Assembly (NCBI RefSeq): GCF_006345805.1
Contig: NC_043023.1
Location: 12,896,001-12,960,000, forward strand
Direction of reading: 5' to 3'
Source of the DNA: Octopus sinensis
Lineage: Eukaryota
DNA length: 64,000 bases
A program made the translations under genes and the position numbers. This document shows, in pieces, positions 26,793 through 41,671 of this stretch. The stretch's first letter is position 1. Each line of letters starts with the position of its first letter. Under the pieces are notes generated by a model, which saw only the letters and a program-made list of their open reading frames with translations, made no database searches and had not been told where the DNA came from.

Positions 26793-27642
26793 CATCATCA
26801 TCATCATCATTTAGCGTCCGTTTTCCATGCTTGCTTGGGTTGGACGGTTCAACTGGGGTCTGTGAAGCTTGAAGGCTTCATCAAGCCCAGTCAGAGCTGG
26901 CAGTGTTTCTACGGCTGGATGCCCTTCCTAACGCCAACAACTCCGTGAGTGTAGTGGGTGCTTTTTACGCGCCACCCGCACAGGTGCCAGACAGAGCTGG
27001 CAAACGGCCATTAACGGATGGTGCTTTTACGTGCCACCGACACAGGGGCCAGACAGAGCTGGCAAACGGCCACAAACGGATGGTGCTTTTACATGTCACC
27101 GGCAGGGGGTCCAGGCGAGGCTGGCAACGGACACGAACGGGTGGTGCTTTTACGTGCCACCGACACGGGGGCCACACAGAGCTGGCAAATGGCCACGAAC
27201 GGATGGTGCTTTTACGTGTCACCGGCACGGGGCCAGACGAAGCTGGCAACGGACACGAACGGGTGGTGCTTTTACGTGCCACCGACACGGGGGCCACACA
27301 GAGCTGGCAAACGGCCACGAATGGATGGTGCTTTTACGTGTCACCGGCACGGGGGCTAGGTGAGGCTGGCAATGGACACGAACGGGTGGTGCTTTTATGT
27401 GCCACCGACATAGGGGCCAGACAGAGCTGGCAACGGACAAGAACAGGTGGTGCTTTTACATGCCACCGACACGGGGGCTAGACGGTGCGGTGCCGGAAAC
27501 GACCACGATCGGATGGTTCGCTTAACCACAGCTGCAATTCCCACTGATGTTGATCGACCTCAATTTGGTTCTGCTTTCTGATATATGAATTGATTTGGTT
27601 TGATTTTGATTTTGACTATTCTCACTGGTCTTGCTAAGTCTT
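26793..27642 (-). mobile_element. Independent RTE 3' tail insertion with expanded minisatellite
   Basis: (CAT)n at 26793 and about 9 units of 60-62 bp. The empty site is at about 15205. A partial paralog lies at 53611-54164. Confidence 0.85.
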
Positions 27643-28441
27643 CCATTTTTAAAAGTATTTTATACTAACAAAGAAAATATGAAGAACGGGCACTCGCGAA
27701 TATAAACAGATCATGTCGTGTAGCCAGCTGTAGAAGTCTCCTTAGGCTGAATTACATCAACATCTCTCTATATATAAACGGCCAAATGTCTGTCTGTGTG
27801 TGCGTGTCCTTTATACAAATCCACAATTTTTCAGTTAGAGGGCTCGCACTTTCTATGGTCATTCAAAACCGTCCAAGGGTGGTCGTGCACATCTATACAT
27901 TTCCCCAGTCACCCCGCAAAGCCATTAAAAAATCAAGAGAACAAGGATCTCTGAACAAATAACAATATTTATTTTTCTGTCTGTACAAGCATTACATCTC
28001 TGGACAATCAGTAGCTAGGTCGCCTTGGTGCGGAAGCAGCAGAGATAGTTTAATCACGATTGTGAAGGCATACTTCTCAGATTCGCTGAAGTCATGGATT
28101 GCCTTCAGAATTCCAGCCACACAGAGCTGGTGAAGTTACGTCCGGCTTGGTTGGAAGCAGGGGCGAAGAGAGAGAGAGGACAGCGGTCAAGCCTATCTGA
28201 TGCTGATGACTGCACATGTCCATAAGGGACTTCCGGCAGGCTCTTACCGCTGCACATGCGTGGATGAAAATCCTAAAATGGCGTCTGGGAACAGGCGACA
28301 CTACAAGGCTCCCTCTTGAGTGCAGGGCATGAAAATAGAAAGATTGTAGTGGCACCAGAAGTAAGATGGCTACCGATTACCCAGAAGATGTGGCACAAAA
28401 TATGACAACTCAAAAGAAAATGTAATCACAATATACATATA

Positions 28442-28838
28442 GGCGCAGGAGTGGCTGTGTGGTAAGTAGCTTGCTTACCAACCACATGGTTCCAGGTTCA
28501 GTCCCACTGTGTGGCACCTTGGGTCAGTATCTTCTACTATAGCCTCAGGCCGACCAAAGCCTTGTGAGTGGATTTGGTAGATGGAAACTGAAGGAAGCCT
28601 GTCGTATATATGTATATATGCATGTGTGTGTGTGTGTTTGTGTGTCTGTGTTTGTCCCCCTATCATTGCTTGACAACCGATGTTGGTGTGTTTATGTCCC
28701 CGTCACCTAGCAGTTCGGCAAAAGAGACTGATAGAATAAGTACTGGGCTTAGTAAAGAATAAGTCCCGGGGTCGAGATGCTCTATTAAAGGCGGTGCTCC
28801 AGCATGGCCACAGTCAAATGACTGAAACAAGTAAAAGA
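28442..28838 (+). mobile_element. tRNA-derived SINE
   Basis: Uninterrupted paralogous copy. Confidence 0.75.
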
Positions 28839-28968
28839 GAAAGAGAAAGAGAGAATAAGCATGCACAAAAAATTTTATTTTTACAAAATGTTTAATAACA
28901 AAACATTGGAAATGTCCAGTACACAAAAGAACAGCTGTCTGTCACAGGAAACTGTAGAGAATCCTCCT

Positions 28969-29396
28969 CATCATCATTGTATAACATCTGTTTTCCCTGC
29001 TAGCATGGGTTGGACGGTTGAATGGGGTCTGGGAAGCCAAGAGGCTGCACCAGGTTGCAGTCTGATCTGGAAGTGTTTCTACAGCTGGATGCCCTTCCTA
29101 AACGCCAACCACTCTGTGAGTGCAGTGGATGCCTTTTACATGCCACCGGCACAGGGGCTAGTGGTGACTGGCATCGGCCACAATCGGATGGTGCTTTTTA
29201 CGTGCCACCAGCACTGGTATCTCAGCTACAATTTCCATTGATGTTGATTGATTTCGATTTTGATCCTGATTCTCCCTTGCCTCAACAGGTATTCACAAGT
29301 ACAGTTTTGTTACTCAAGAAGTAAAGGTATGCATAAGTGGACTGGCTACATATCAAGTAGAGACCATGGGATATCGTCTCACTTGGACTGCCGGGT
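28969..29396 (-). mobile_element. RTE LINE 3' tail in ZNF5 3' UTR
   Basis: Same homology and boundary. Confidence 0.9.
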
Positions 29397-29422
29397 TGTA
29401 ATATATTTTGATATTTATACGA

Positions 29423-31147
29423 TTACACCTGTGTATGAATACTCAGATGTGTACTTAAGTGGCGTTTTTGAGAGAATGACTCACCACAAATATCACAATG
29501 ATATGGTTTTTCCCCAGTATGAATACGTTTATGTCTGTGCAAATGACCACTGTAAGAGAATGATTTACCACAGATATAACAATGATATGGCTTCTCTCCT
29601 GTATGAATACTTTTGTGATCAGTTAGAATGTTACTTCTAGAAAATGATTTACCACAGATATTACAATGATGGGGCTTTTCTCCTGTATGTGTACGTTTGT
29701 GTTTATTTAAGTCACCACTGGTAGAGAATGATTTACCACAGATATCACACTGATATGGTTTCTCTCCTGTATGAATACGTCTGTGACTGATTAAATTGCT
29801 ATTACCAGAAAATGACTTACCACAGATATCACAGTGATATGGTTTTTCATGTGTATGAATCCGTTTGTGACTGATTAAATTGCTATTACGAGAAAATGAT
29901 TTACCACAGATATCACACTGATATGGCTTCTCTCCTGTATGAATATGTTTGTGCTTGCTTAAAGTAGAAGGATGGGAAAATGATTTACCACAGATATCAC
30001 AATGGTATGGCTTCTCTCCTGTATGAATACGTTTGTGATCTGTTAAAAAGTTACTTCTAGAAAATGATTTACCACAGATATTACAATGATGGGGCTTTTC
30101 TCCTGTATGTGTACGTTTGTGTTTCTTTAAGACACCACTGGTAGAGAATGATTTACCACAGATATCACACTGATATGGTTTCTCTCCTGTATGAATACGT
30201 CTGTGAATTATTAAAATGCTATTACCAGAAAATGACTTACCACAGATATCACAGTGATATGGTTTTTCATCTGTATGAATACGTTTGTGACTGATTAAAT
30301 TGCTATTATAAGAAAATGAATTACCACAGATATCACAGTGATATGGTTTTTTCCCAGTGTGTATACGTTTGTGTTTAGGTACGTCACTACTGCAAGAGAA
30401 TGATTTACCACAGATATTACAATGATATGGCTTCTCTCCTGTATGAATACGTAGGTGTCTAGTTAAAGTGCTATTTTCAGAGAATGATTGACCACAGATA
30501 TCGCAATGATATGGCTTCTCACCTGTATGGATACGTTTGTGCTTGTTTAAAGTAGAATTATGGGAAAATGATTTACCACAGATATCACAATGGTATGGCT
30601 TCTCTCCTGTATGAATACGTCTGTGATCAGTTAAACTGTCACTTCTAGAAAATGATTTACCACAGATATTACAATGATGGGGCTTTTCTCCTGTATGTGT
30701 ACGTTTGTGTTTATTTAAGACACCACTGGTAGAGAATGATTTACCACAGATATCACACTGATATGGTTTCTCTCCTGTATGAATACGTCTGTGACTGATT
30801 AAATTGCTATTACCAGAAAATGACTTACCACAGATATCACACTGATATGGATTCTCTCCTGTATGACCACGTTTGTGGTTAGGTAAGGCAGCACTTCCAG
30901 AAAATGATTTACCACAGATATCACACTGATGCGGCTTTTCCCTAGTATGAATAAATTTGTGATGTGTTAAATTGCTATTTTGAGAAAATGATTTACTACA
31001 GATATCACACTGATATGGTTTTTCTCCAGTATGAACACGTCTGTGCCTACTTAGATTACCACTTTTAGAGAATGACTTACCACAGATATCACACTGATAT
31101 GGCTTCTCTCTTTTATCAGAGATCTTTGCTTTAGTTGAATTATTCAT
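29423..31147 (-). CDS. ZNF5: C2H2 zinc-finger protein, 20 fingers, 574 aa
   Basis: Complete ORF from MNNSTK to HLSIHTQV* with 20 canonical fingers. Confidence 0.95.
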   Translation of the reverse strand: MNNSTKAKISDKREKPYQCDICGKSFSKSGNLSRHRRVHTGEKPYQCDICSKSFSQNSNLTHHKFIHTREKPHQCDICGKSFSGSAALPNHKRGHTGENPYQCDICGKSFSGNSNLISHRRIHTGEKPYQCDICGKSFSTSGVLNKHKRTHTGEKPHHCNICGKSFSRSDSLTDHRRIHTGEKPYHCDICGKSFSHNSTLNKHKRIHTGEKPYHCDICGQSFSENSTLTRHLRIHTGEKPYHCNICGKSFSCSSDVPKHKRIHTGKKPYHCDICGNSFSYNSNLISHKRIHTDEKPYHCDICGKSFSGNSILIIHRRIHTGEKPYQCDICGKSFSTSGVLKKHKRTHTGEKPHHCNICGKSFSRSNFLTDHKRIHTGEKPYHCDICGKSFSHPSTLSKHKHIHTGEKPYQCDICGKSFSRNSNLISHKRIHTHEKPYHCDICGKSFSGNSNLISHRRIHTGEKPYQCDICGKSFSTSGDLNKHKRTHTGEKPHHCNICGKSFSRSNILTDHKSIHTGEKPYHCYICGKSFSYSGHLHRHKRIHTGEKPYHCDICGESFSQKRHLSTHLSIHTQV

Positions 31148-32254
31148 TATGAGAGAATAATTTCGTTATACATATCACAATGATAGTATCTGTTTCATTT
31201 CTATGAATGTTTGTGTTCAAATGCATCAGAGAATAATTAAATGTTATGTTACTTTCATTGGTGATCTTGCTTAATATCTAAAACAGAAGATATAAATTGG
31301 TTAACTCTTTCGTAAAGTTACTCAAACTTAACCTGTAGGTTCATCATCATCTCTACATTCCAGATGGCAAAAAAAAATGTTGCTCTTAATTCCATCATCC
31401 AGAAGAAATATTTCCCCATCGTTCGTGGAAGATTTTATTTATATAAAGAGGCTGATGTATTGATGAATGTGCCTTATGAATATATGGTCTTCCTTTAATT
31501 GATGAAAGTCAATAAAAACATCAGACACACATCTGAATGAAGAAATTTCTTTTAAATCAACATGGTATGATATTCTGAAATAGGAAAAAAATTCATTTCT
31601 ATGAATATATTTGTGTTGCTATCTTCAGAGAATAATTTAATGCTATGCTTCTTTCATCTGTGATTTTGCTTAATATCTAAATGAAGAGGTGACAATTGTC
31701 TACCCCTTTGAAAAGTCATCAAAGCTTAATTAACCTGTAAAAGAATCATCTCCTCTATATTCCAGACAGCAAAGACTTCATATTGTTGCTGTTAATTCCA
31801 TCGTCCAGAAGAAATATTTTGCTGTTGTTTTTCACAGATTTCCTTTATAAGATGAGTTTGATGTATTGATGAATGCTCCTTATAAATATATCATCTTCCT
31901 TTGGTTGATGGGAGCTGATAAAATATCAGAGGCACATCTGAATGAAGTAATTTCTTTCATATCAACAGGATGTTATATTCTGAAATAGAAAAAAAAAGAA
32001 GCAGTGAGATAAGGAGAATCATTAAACGACATAGTAATTCAACATTGCAAATCTTACAACATCAACACTGTCATCCATTTAATGTCTATGTTTGCAGGGG
32101 TCAGAATCCATTGAGGCATTGAAACTTTTACAACATTCTGTATAGAGATTTCTCTATTGTTCTGCAGTGGGAAAAATTTTGGTGAAGGGTTAATTAAAAT
32201 CTTGGCAAGGATGGATCCAATCTACTTTACGATTCACTACAAATATATTTGTAT

Positions 32255-32301
<47 letters not shown>

Positions 32302-33839
32302 AGTATTAAGAGAGGGACCACATGTGGTCACTCTAACGCTAGAAATAGATCCGCAAAGGGAATCCACCACTAAAGAATTGTTGTTCTCAAGCGTTAATTC
32401 AACACGCCAAGAATGTAAGCGGGCAGGACAAATGAAAAATAACGAAAAAATGGATTAACTCTATACAATTGTTTCATCGTTAATAGATTGTGTAATTTTA
32501 CTTACAAATCATTTTCGAATCATCGGTAGAGTATATCAAAAACATAATTTGCTGAACCAAACGCCAAAATCCATACGAAATTGATGTTATTAATTAATAT
32601 TCAATTTCTTTCACCCTTACACACACACATATATGTATATATAATAATACATATATATGCGTAAATACATACGTATACGTACATACATGTTTGTTTATAT
32701 TCGCGAGTGCCCGTTCTGCGTATTTTATTTTTTAGTATAAAATAGTTAAAAAAATAGATTAATCGTTCAAATTTTCTCCGGTACTATTTAAGAAGAGTGG
32801 TCCCGGTGAGCGCACTCGCGCTAGTTAGTCGTGACTAGTCGATCCTACAACGACTACCTAGCAAAGTAAATAAAACACAAAATAAATAATTTTTTTACAC
32901 AAAGTAAATAATTTTTTGGCGATCCTTCGGTATAGGTACCGTGAGTGGCTTTGTTTACATTTCTGAAGACAACAGAAACCCTTTTCTCCCACCCCTAACA
33001 CAAACCTTAACCATAACCCCCGATATATATATAAAAAAAAGACACTTTCTTGAAATGTATCTGGTACTTCCGGTACCTATACCGAAGTTACGCTCATTTT
33101 TTTAAAACAAAGTAAATAAAACAAAAATACAAAGTAAGGATCGACTAGTCACGACTAGCTAGCGCGCCCACCGGGACCTCTCTTCTTAAATAGTACCCTT
33201 ATATGTTTGTTTATATTCGCGAGTGCCCGTTCTCCGTATTTTATTTTTTAGTATAAAATACTTAAAAAATAGATCAATCTTTCTAATTTTCTCCATACTT
33301 TATATATTCTGGATATATTTCCCATTTCCTAACTTTTTCTCACAAGTAAGTGTCATTATCTTGGAGAGGTGCGCGGTACTACTAGCGAACAGTGGTCCAG
33401 GTGCGCGCACTCACGCATCCGTGCTAGCTATTCTTATGTAGTCGATCCTACGACTTTTTAACCCTAACCTTAGTTTGTTTACAAAAGTAACGTATTTACT
33501 TAGTTTTAGAAATTTTAGGATCGACTACTTACGACTAGCAAGCGCGGATACGCGAGTGCGCGCACCGGGACCACTATTCGCTAGTCGTACCTTATCGTTA
33601 TTGCTATTATCATCATCATTACAGCCTTAAAATAAATCTTTGTCAACTTACCGTATTCAGAAAGAAACCACGAGGCAGCAATCGTTAATTAAGCACCTTA
33701 ATTAATTAATTAAGGAAAGTTATATCCCTTTATATGGTTATAGTTCTTCAATTTTCTGTGACTGGTTCGTTTCGTTCCGTTGTCTTCTTTGTCCCATTCT
33801 GTCAACGATTTTACCTTGAAGGTAATATAGAATATATAC

Positions 33840-33999
33840 ACTCACATATTCTAATCTACGACCGTTTCCAGCGCACGAACTGGACCCCGTCGCAGACACC
33901 GAAAGAAAGAAGGCATCTTTGACTTATATCTTCCTGATGTGACGTCAGGCCGTTGCACTTCCGATCCGTTTCTGACGTCATTTTCTCTCCTGTCCAATC
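33840..33999 (-). promoter_or_regulatory. Promoter + exon 1 of ZNF5
   Basis: Same motif set, donor at 33845. Confidence 0.7.
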
Positions 34000-36240
34000 A
34001 TTGTCCTTCCTTCACACTTCTCTCTCATCTAAAGAACAATGCTTGTATACCTTTTGGGGATCTTTTCGGTTTGACCGGCAGTTTTTTAAAATAATTTCCA
34101 CGTAACTAAACACTTTTAAACTTCGTATACTGGTAGAATGTGTTTATAAAACATCTTTTTCTCTTGGCTTTATTGAGAAAATTCTACTGTTTGTAAGATA
34201 TTTGTTGTTTTTTTTCTTCAATTTCTGCAATTGGAACCAATCACTGACGTTTATTGAGGTAAAAAAAAACATTCTGTGCCGTATGAATATGTCCCTCGTT
34301 TAAGAAACAGATTTGGTTTATTTATATTTGTGAAAAAAAAAATATACCCTTCCCCTAAAACAGATTGAAATGCAATAGATTGATACCAGGGTCGTAATTA
34401 TTGGTGACAATTTCATATGGCACCACTAGAAAAAACTGCCGTTCAAACCGAAAAGATCCGTTTTCACTTCTATATGATTACTTTAACATTGAAGGGTTCA
34501 CATAATCCTATTATTTACTGGCAGGGTCACTAGCACGCCAGACAAAATGCTTCACAATATTTCGTTCGTCAATAGCTCTGTTGAGGATCTCTTCCTTTTC
34601 AACGGCAGTTTTCAACACAATTTCTAGTTAACTAAACACTTTAAAATTGGGAGAATGTGTCAACAGAAAACATTTTTTCTCTTGGCTTTCTTGAGAAAAT
34701 TGTAATTTGTCTCTGTCTGATCTGGCAGTGTTTCTACAGCTGGATGCCCTTCCTAACGCCAACCACTCCAGAAGTGTATTGGGTGCTTTTTATGTTCCAC
34801 CTGCACAGGTGCCAGGGGAGTCCGGCATCGGCCACGATCAGTTGGTGCTTTTAACGTGCTACCAGCACATTTTCTTAATCGCTGTCACGTTCCCGCTTCG
34901 AAAAATAATTACTGTAACATAAAGAGGTTCACAGAATTCTATTATTCACATTATTATTATTATTAGTAGTAGTAGTAGTATCACCTTTACAGCCTTAAAG
35001 TTAATCTTTATCAACTTACCGTATTCACAAATAAGCAACGAGTCAGTGAATCAGTAATTAAGCACCTTAATTAAGAATTTAATTGTTGAACTGGGGTTGA
35101 AGTGTTGCAGAGTTATTTCCCTTTACATGATTGTCTTCTTTCAGTTCTCCTATAGGTGGCTCTACTGACTGGTGGGATTCTTTGCAGTTTCCTCTTTGTC
35201 CCTTTCTGTCAGGAACTTCAGTTTCAAGGGTTTTCAAATTTTTACAAGATTCTTTCAATAAAGTGTACTCACACATTCGGATCTTTTCGGTTTGAACGGC
35301 AGTTTTTTCTTGCAGTGTCATATGAAATTGTCACCCATAATTATGACCCTAGTATCGATCTATTGCATTTCAACTGTTTTAGGGTTGGGGTGGGGGAGGA
35401 GGGTATCTTTTTCCTTCACAAATGTAAATAAACCCAATATGTTTCTTAAACGAGGGACATATTCATTATGCACAGAATGTTTTCACCTCAATAGACGTCA
35501 TTGATTTGTTGAAATTTTCACCCATAATTATGACCCTAGTATCGATCTATTACATTTCAATCTGTTTTAGGTTTAAGGGTGGGGGGGAAGGCTATCTTTT
35601 TTTCTTCACAAATGTAAATAAACCCAATCTGTTTCTTAAACGAGGGACATATTCATATGGCACAGAATGTTATTTTACCTCAATGGACGTCTTAAGGGGA
35701 TACAGCCTAAGAAAGCAAGCAAAATCTGAGTGGAACCTGGAGCAGCACTCTGGCTTGCCAGCTCAGGTCACAATTTCCCACCCAAACCTGCAAAGAAAAT
35801 GGACACTGAAGAAGAAGAAGAAGAAGAAGGAGGAGGAGAAGAAGGAGGAGGAGAAGAAGGAGGAGGAGAAGAAGAAGAAAAAGAAAAAGAAGGAGAAGAA
35901 GAAGAAGAAAAAGAAAAAGGAGGATGAGGAGGAGAAGAAGAAGAAGAAGGATGATGATGATGATGATGAAAACACAACAAAGACAAAATCAATGTCACTT
36001 AAAACTTTTATTCCTTATTCCCATTCCTTTATTCTCTCATAACAAATTCCTCAAAAATCCAGCACAATCATCTTCAGAAACCAAAGTCATCTCTGTGTTG
36101 ATATATTTAGATATATAAATGATATTGAAGTTGTGATTCATGAATTTCATGTTGACATCCAAGAAACTGAAGTTGATAATGTCAAGCTTGAAGAGGAATA
36201 AACCTTGTCTTTTAGCAGACAAAATATTCATAATTCTTGT

Positions 36241-36724
36241 CATCATCATCATTTAGCGTCCGCTTTCCATGCTAGCATGGGTTGGATGGTTCGACCGGGG
36301 TCTGGGAAGCCACAAGGCTGCACCTGGCCCAGTCTGATCTGGCAATGTTTCTACGGCTGGATGCCCTTCCTAATGCCAACCACTCCGTGAGTGTAGTGGG
36401 TGCTTTTTACGTGCCACCGGACACAGGTGCCAGACGGGGCTGGCAAACAGCTACGGTCGGATGGTGCTTTTTACGTGTCACTGGCACGGGGGCCAGACGG
36501 GACTGGCAACATCCACGATCGGATGGTGCATTTTACATGCCACCAGCACTGGTATCACAGCTGCAATTTCCATTGATGTTGTTGATTTCGATTTTGATTC
36601 TCACTTGCCTCAAAAGGTCTTCACAAGTAGAGTTTTGTGTCACAAGAAGATAAGGTATGCATAAGTGGACTGGCTACATCCCAGGTAGAGGCCATGGGTT
36701 GTGGTCTCACTTGTCCTGCCGGGT
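36241..36724 (-). mobile_element. RTE LINE 3' tail in ZNF6 3' UTR
   Basis: Same homology and boundary. Confidence 0.9.
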
Positions 36725-36831
36725 TGTAATAAATTTTGATATTGATACGATTACACCTGTGTATGAATACTCAGATGTGTACTTAATTGGCGTATTTGAG
36801 AGAATGACTCACCACAAATATCACAACGTTA

Positions 36832-38473
<1,642 letters not shown>

Positions 38474-39587
38474 TATGAGAGAATAATTTCGTTATACATA
38501 TCACAATGCTAGTATCTGTTTCATTTCTATGAATGTTTGTGTTCAAATGCATCAGAGAATGATTAAATGTTATGTTACTTTCATTGGTGATCTTGCTTAA
38601 TATCTAAAACAGAAGATATAAGTTGGTTAACTCTTTTGTAAAGTTACTCAAACTTAACCTGTAGGGTCATCATCATCTCTACATTCCAGATGGCAAAAAA
38701 AATGTTGCTCTTAATTCCATCATCCAGAAGAAATATTTCCCCATCGTTCGGCGAAGATTTTATTTATATAAAGAAGCTGATCTTTTGATGAATGTGCCTT
38801 ATGAATATATGGTCTTCCTTTAATTGATGAAAGTCAATCAAAACATCAGACACACATGTTAATGAAGAAATTTCTTTTAAATCAACATGGTATGATATTA
38901 TGAAACAGGAAAAAAATTCATTTCTATGAATATATTTGTGTTGCTATTTTCAGAGAATAATTTAATGCTATGCTTCTTTCATCTGAGATTTTGCTTAATA
39001 TCTAAATCAAGAGGTGACAATTGTCAACCCCTTTGTAATGTTATCCAAGCTTAATTAACCTGTAAATCAATCATCTCCTCTATATTCCAGACAGCAAAGA
39101 CTTCAAATTGTTGCTGTTAATTCCATCGTCCAGAAGAAATATTTTGCTGTTGTTTTTCACAGATTTCCTTTATAAGATGAGTTTGATGTATTGATGAATG
39201 CTCCTTATAAATATATCATCTTCCTTTGGTTGATGGGAGCTGATAAAATATCAGAGGCACATCTGAATGAAGTAATTTCTTTCATATCAACAGGATGTTA
39301 TATTCTGAAATAGGAAAAAAAAGAAGCAGTGAGATAAAGAGAATCATTAAACGACATAGTAATTCAACATTGCAAATCTTACAACATCAACACTGTCATC
39401 CATTTAATGTCTATGTTTGCAGGGGTCAGAATCCATTGAGGCATTGAAACTTTTACAACATTCTGTATAGAGATTTCTCTATTGCTCTGCCATTGCAAAA
39501 ATTTTGGTGAAGGGTTAATTAAAATTTTGGCAAGGATGGATCCAATCTACTTCATGCGTGCAAGATTCACTACAAATATATTTGTAT

Positions 39588-39672
<85 letters not shown>

Positions 39673-40596
39673 CAAGTATTAAGAGAGGGACCACATATGG
39701 TCACTCTAACGCTAGAAATAGATCGGCAAAGGGAATCCACCACTAAAGAATTGTTCTCAAGCATTAATTCAACACGCCAAGAATGTAAGCGGGCAGGACA
39801 AATGAAAAATAACGAAAAAATGGATTAACTCTATACAATTGTTTCATCGTTAATAGATTGTGTAATTTTACTTACAAATCATTTTCGAATCATCGGTAGA
39901 GTATATCAAAAACATAATTTGCTGAACCAAACGCCAAAATCCATACGAAATTGATGTTATTAATTAATATTCAATTTCTTTCACCCTACACACACACATA
40001 TATGTATACATAATAATACATATATATGCATAAATACATACGTATACGTACATACATGTTTGTTTATATTCGCGAGTGCCCGTTCTGCGTATTTTATTTT
40101 TTAGTATAAATTAGTTAAAAAATAGATTAATCGTTCTAATTTTCTCTGGTACTATTTAAAAAGAGACGTCCCGGTGAGCGCACTTGCGCTAGTTAGTCGT
40201 GACTAGTCGATCCTACAACGACTACCTAGCAAAGTAAATAAAACACAAAATAAATAATTGTTTTCACACAAAGTAAATAATTTTTTGGCGATCCTTCGGT
40301 ATAGGTACCGTGAGTGGCTTTGTTTACATTTCTGAAGATAACAGAAACCCTTTTCTCCCACCACTAACACAAACCTTAACCATAACCCCCCATATATATA
40401 TAAAAAAAAGGCACTTTCTTGAAATGTATCTGGTACTTCCGGTACCTATACCGAAATGACGCTCATTTTTTCAAACAAAGAAAATAATTTTTCTAAAACA
40501 AAGTAAATAAAACAAAAATACAAAGTAAGGATCGACTAGTCACGACTAGCTACTGCAGATGCACGCACTGGGACCTCTCTTCTTAAATAGTACCCT

Positions 40597-40872
40597 TGTA
40601 AGAGTTAGCACTTCCCTCTCTAAGCTTGGATTCGAAATCGAATCCAAGAATCATCGGTCGTCAAATACCAATGCATGTATAGGCGCGAAATTAAGAATCC
40701 CTTTGTCCTGACATTGGTCAGGTCGGAGGTCAAAGGGAGATGATCAATCAGTTTTTGTCAGAACAAAGGGATTCTTAATTTCGTGCCTATACATGCATTG
40801 GTATTTGACGACCGATGATTCTTGGATTCGATTTCGAATCGAAGCTTAGAGAAGGAACTGCTAACTCTTACA
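40597..40872. mobile_element. Foldback MITE with TGT...ACA ends and 4-bp TSD (Ginger-like)
   Basis: About 110-bp TIRs (TGTAAGAGTTAGCA...TGCTAACTCTTACA) flanked by CCCT/CCCT. The empty site AGTACCCTTATATG is seen in other units. A truncated copy lies at 11550-11722. Confidence 0.75.
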
Positions 40873-41511
40873 CCCTTGTATGTTTGTTTATATTCGCGAG
40901 TGCCCGTTCTCCGTATTTTATTTTTTAGTATAAAATATTTAAAAAATAGATCAATCTTTCTAATTTTCTCCATACTTTATGTATTCTGGATATATTTCCC
41001 ATTTCCTAACTTTTTCTCACAAGTAAGCGTCATTATCTTGGAGAGGTGTGCGGTACTACTAGCGAACAGTGGTCCCGGTGCGCGCACTCGCGCAAGCTAG
41101 TCGTATGTAGTCGATCCTACAACGACTCTTTAACTCTAACCTTAGTTTGTTTACAAAAATAATGTATTTACTTAGTTTTAAAAATTGTAGGATCGACTAC
41201 TTACGACTAGCAAGCGCGGATACGCGAGTGCTCGCACCGGGATCACTGTTCGCTAGTAGTACCTTATCATTATTGGTATTATCATCATCATTACAGCCTT
41301 AAAATAAATTTTTGTCCACTTACCGTATTCAGATACAAACAACGAGTCAGTGATCGTTAATTAAACACCTTAATTAATTAATTAAGGAAAGTTATATCCC
41401 TTTATATGGTTATAGTTCTTCAATTTTCTGTGACTGGTTCGTTTCGTTCCGTTGTCTTCTTTGTCCCATTCTGTCAACGATTTTACCTTGAAGGTAATAT
41501 AGAATATATAC

Positions 41512-41671
41512 ACTCACATATTCTAATCTACGACCGTTTCCAGCGCACGAACTGGACCCCGTCGCAGACACCGAAAGAAAGAAGGCATCTTTGACTTATA
41601 TCTTCCTGATGTGACGTCAGGCCGTTGCACTTCCGATCCGTTTCTGACGTCATTTTCTCTCCTGTCCAATC
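41512..41671 (-). promoter_or_regulatory. Promoter + exon 1 of ZNF6
   Basis: Same motif set, donor at 41517. Confidence 0.7.

Noticed and set aside
35506-36042. Poly-Lys/Glu proteins
   Set aside because: These are translations of (GAA)n microsatellites whose frame differs between copies.
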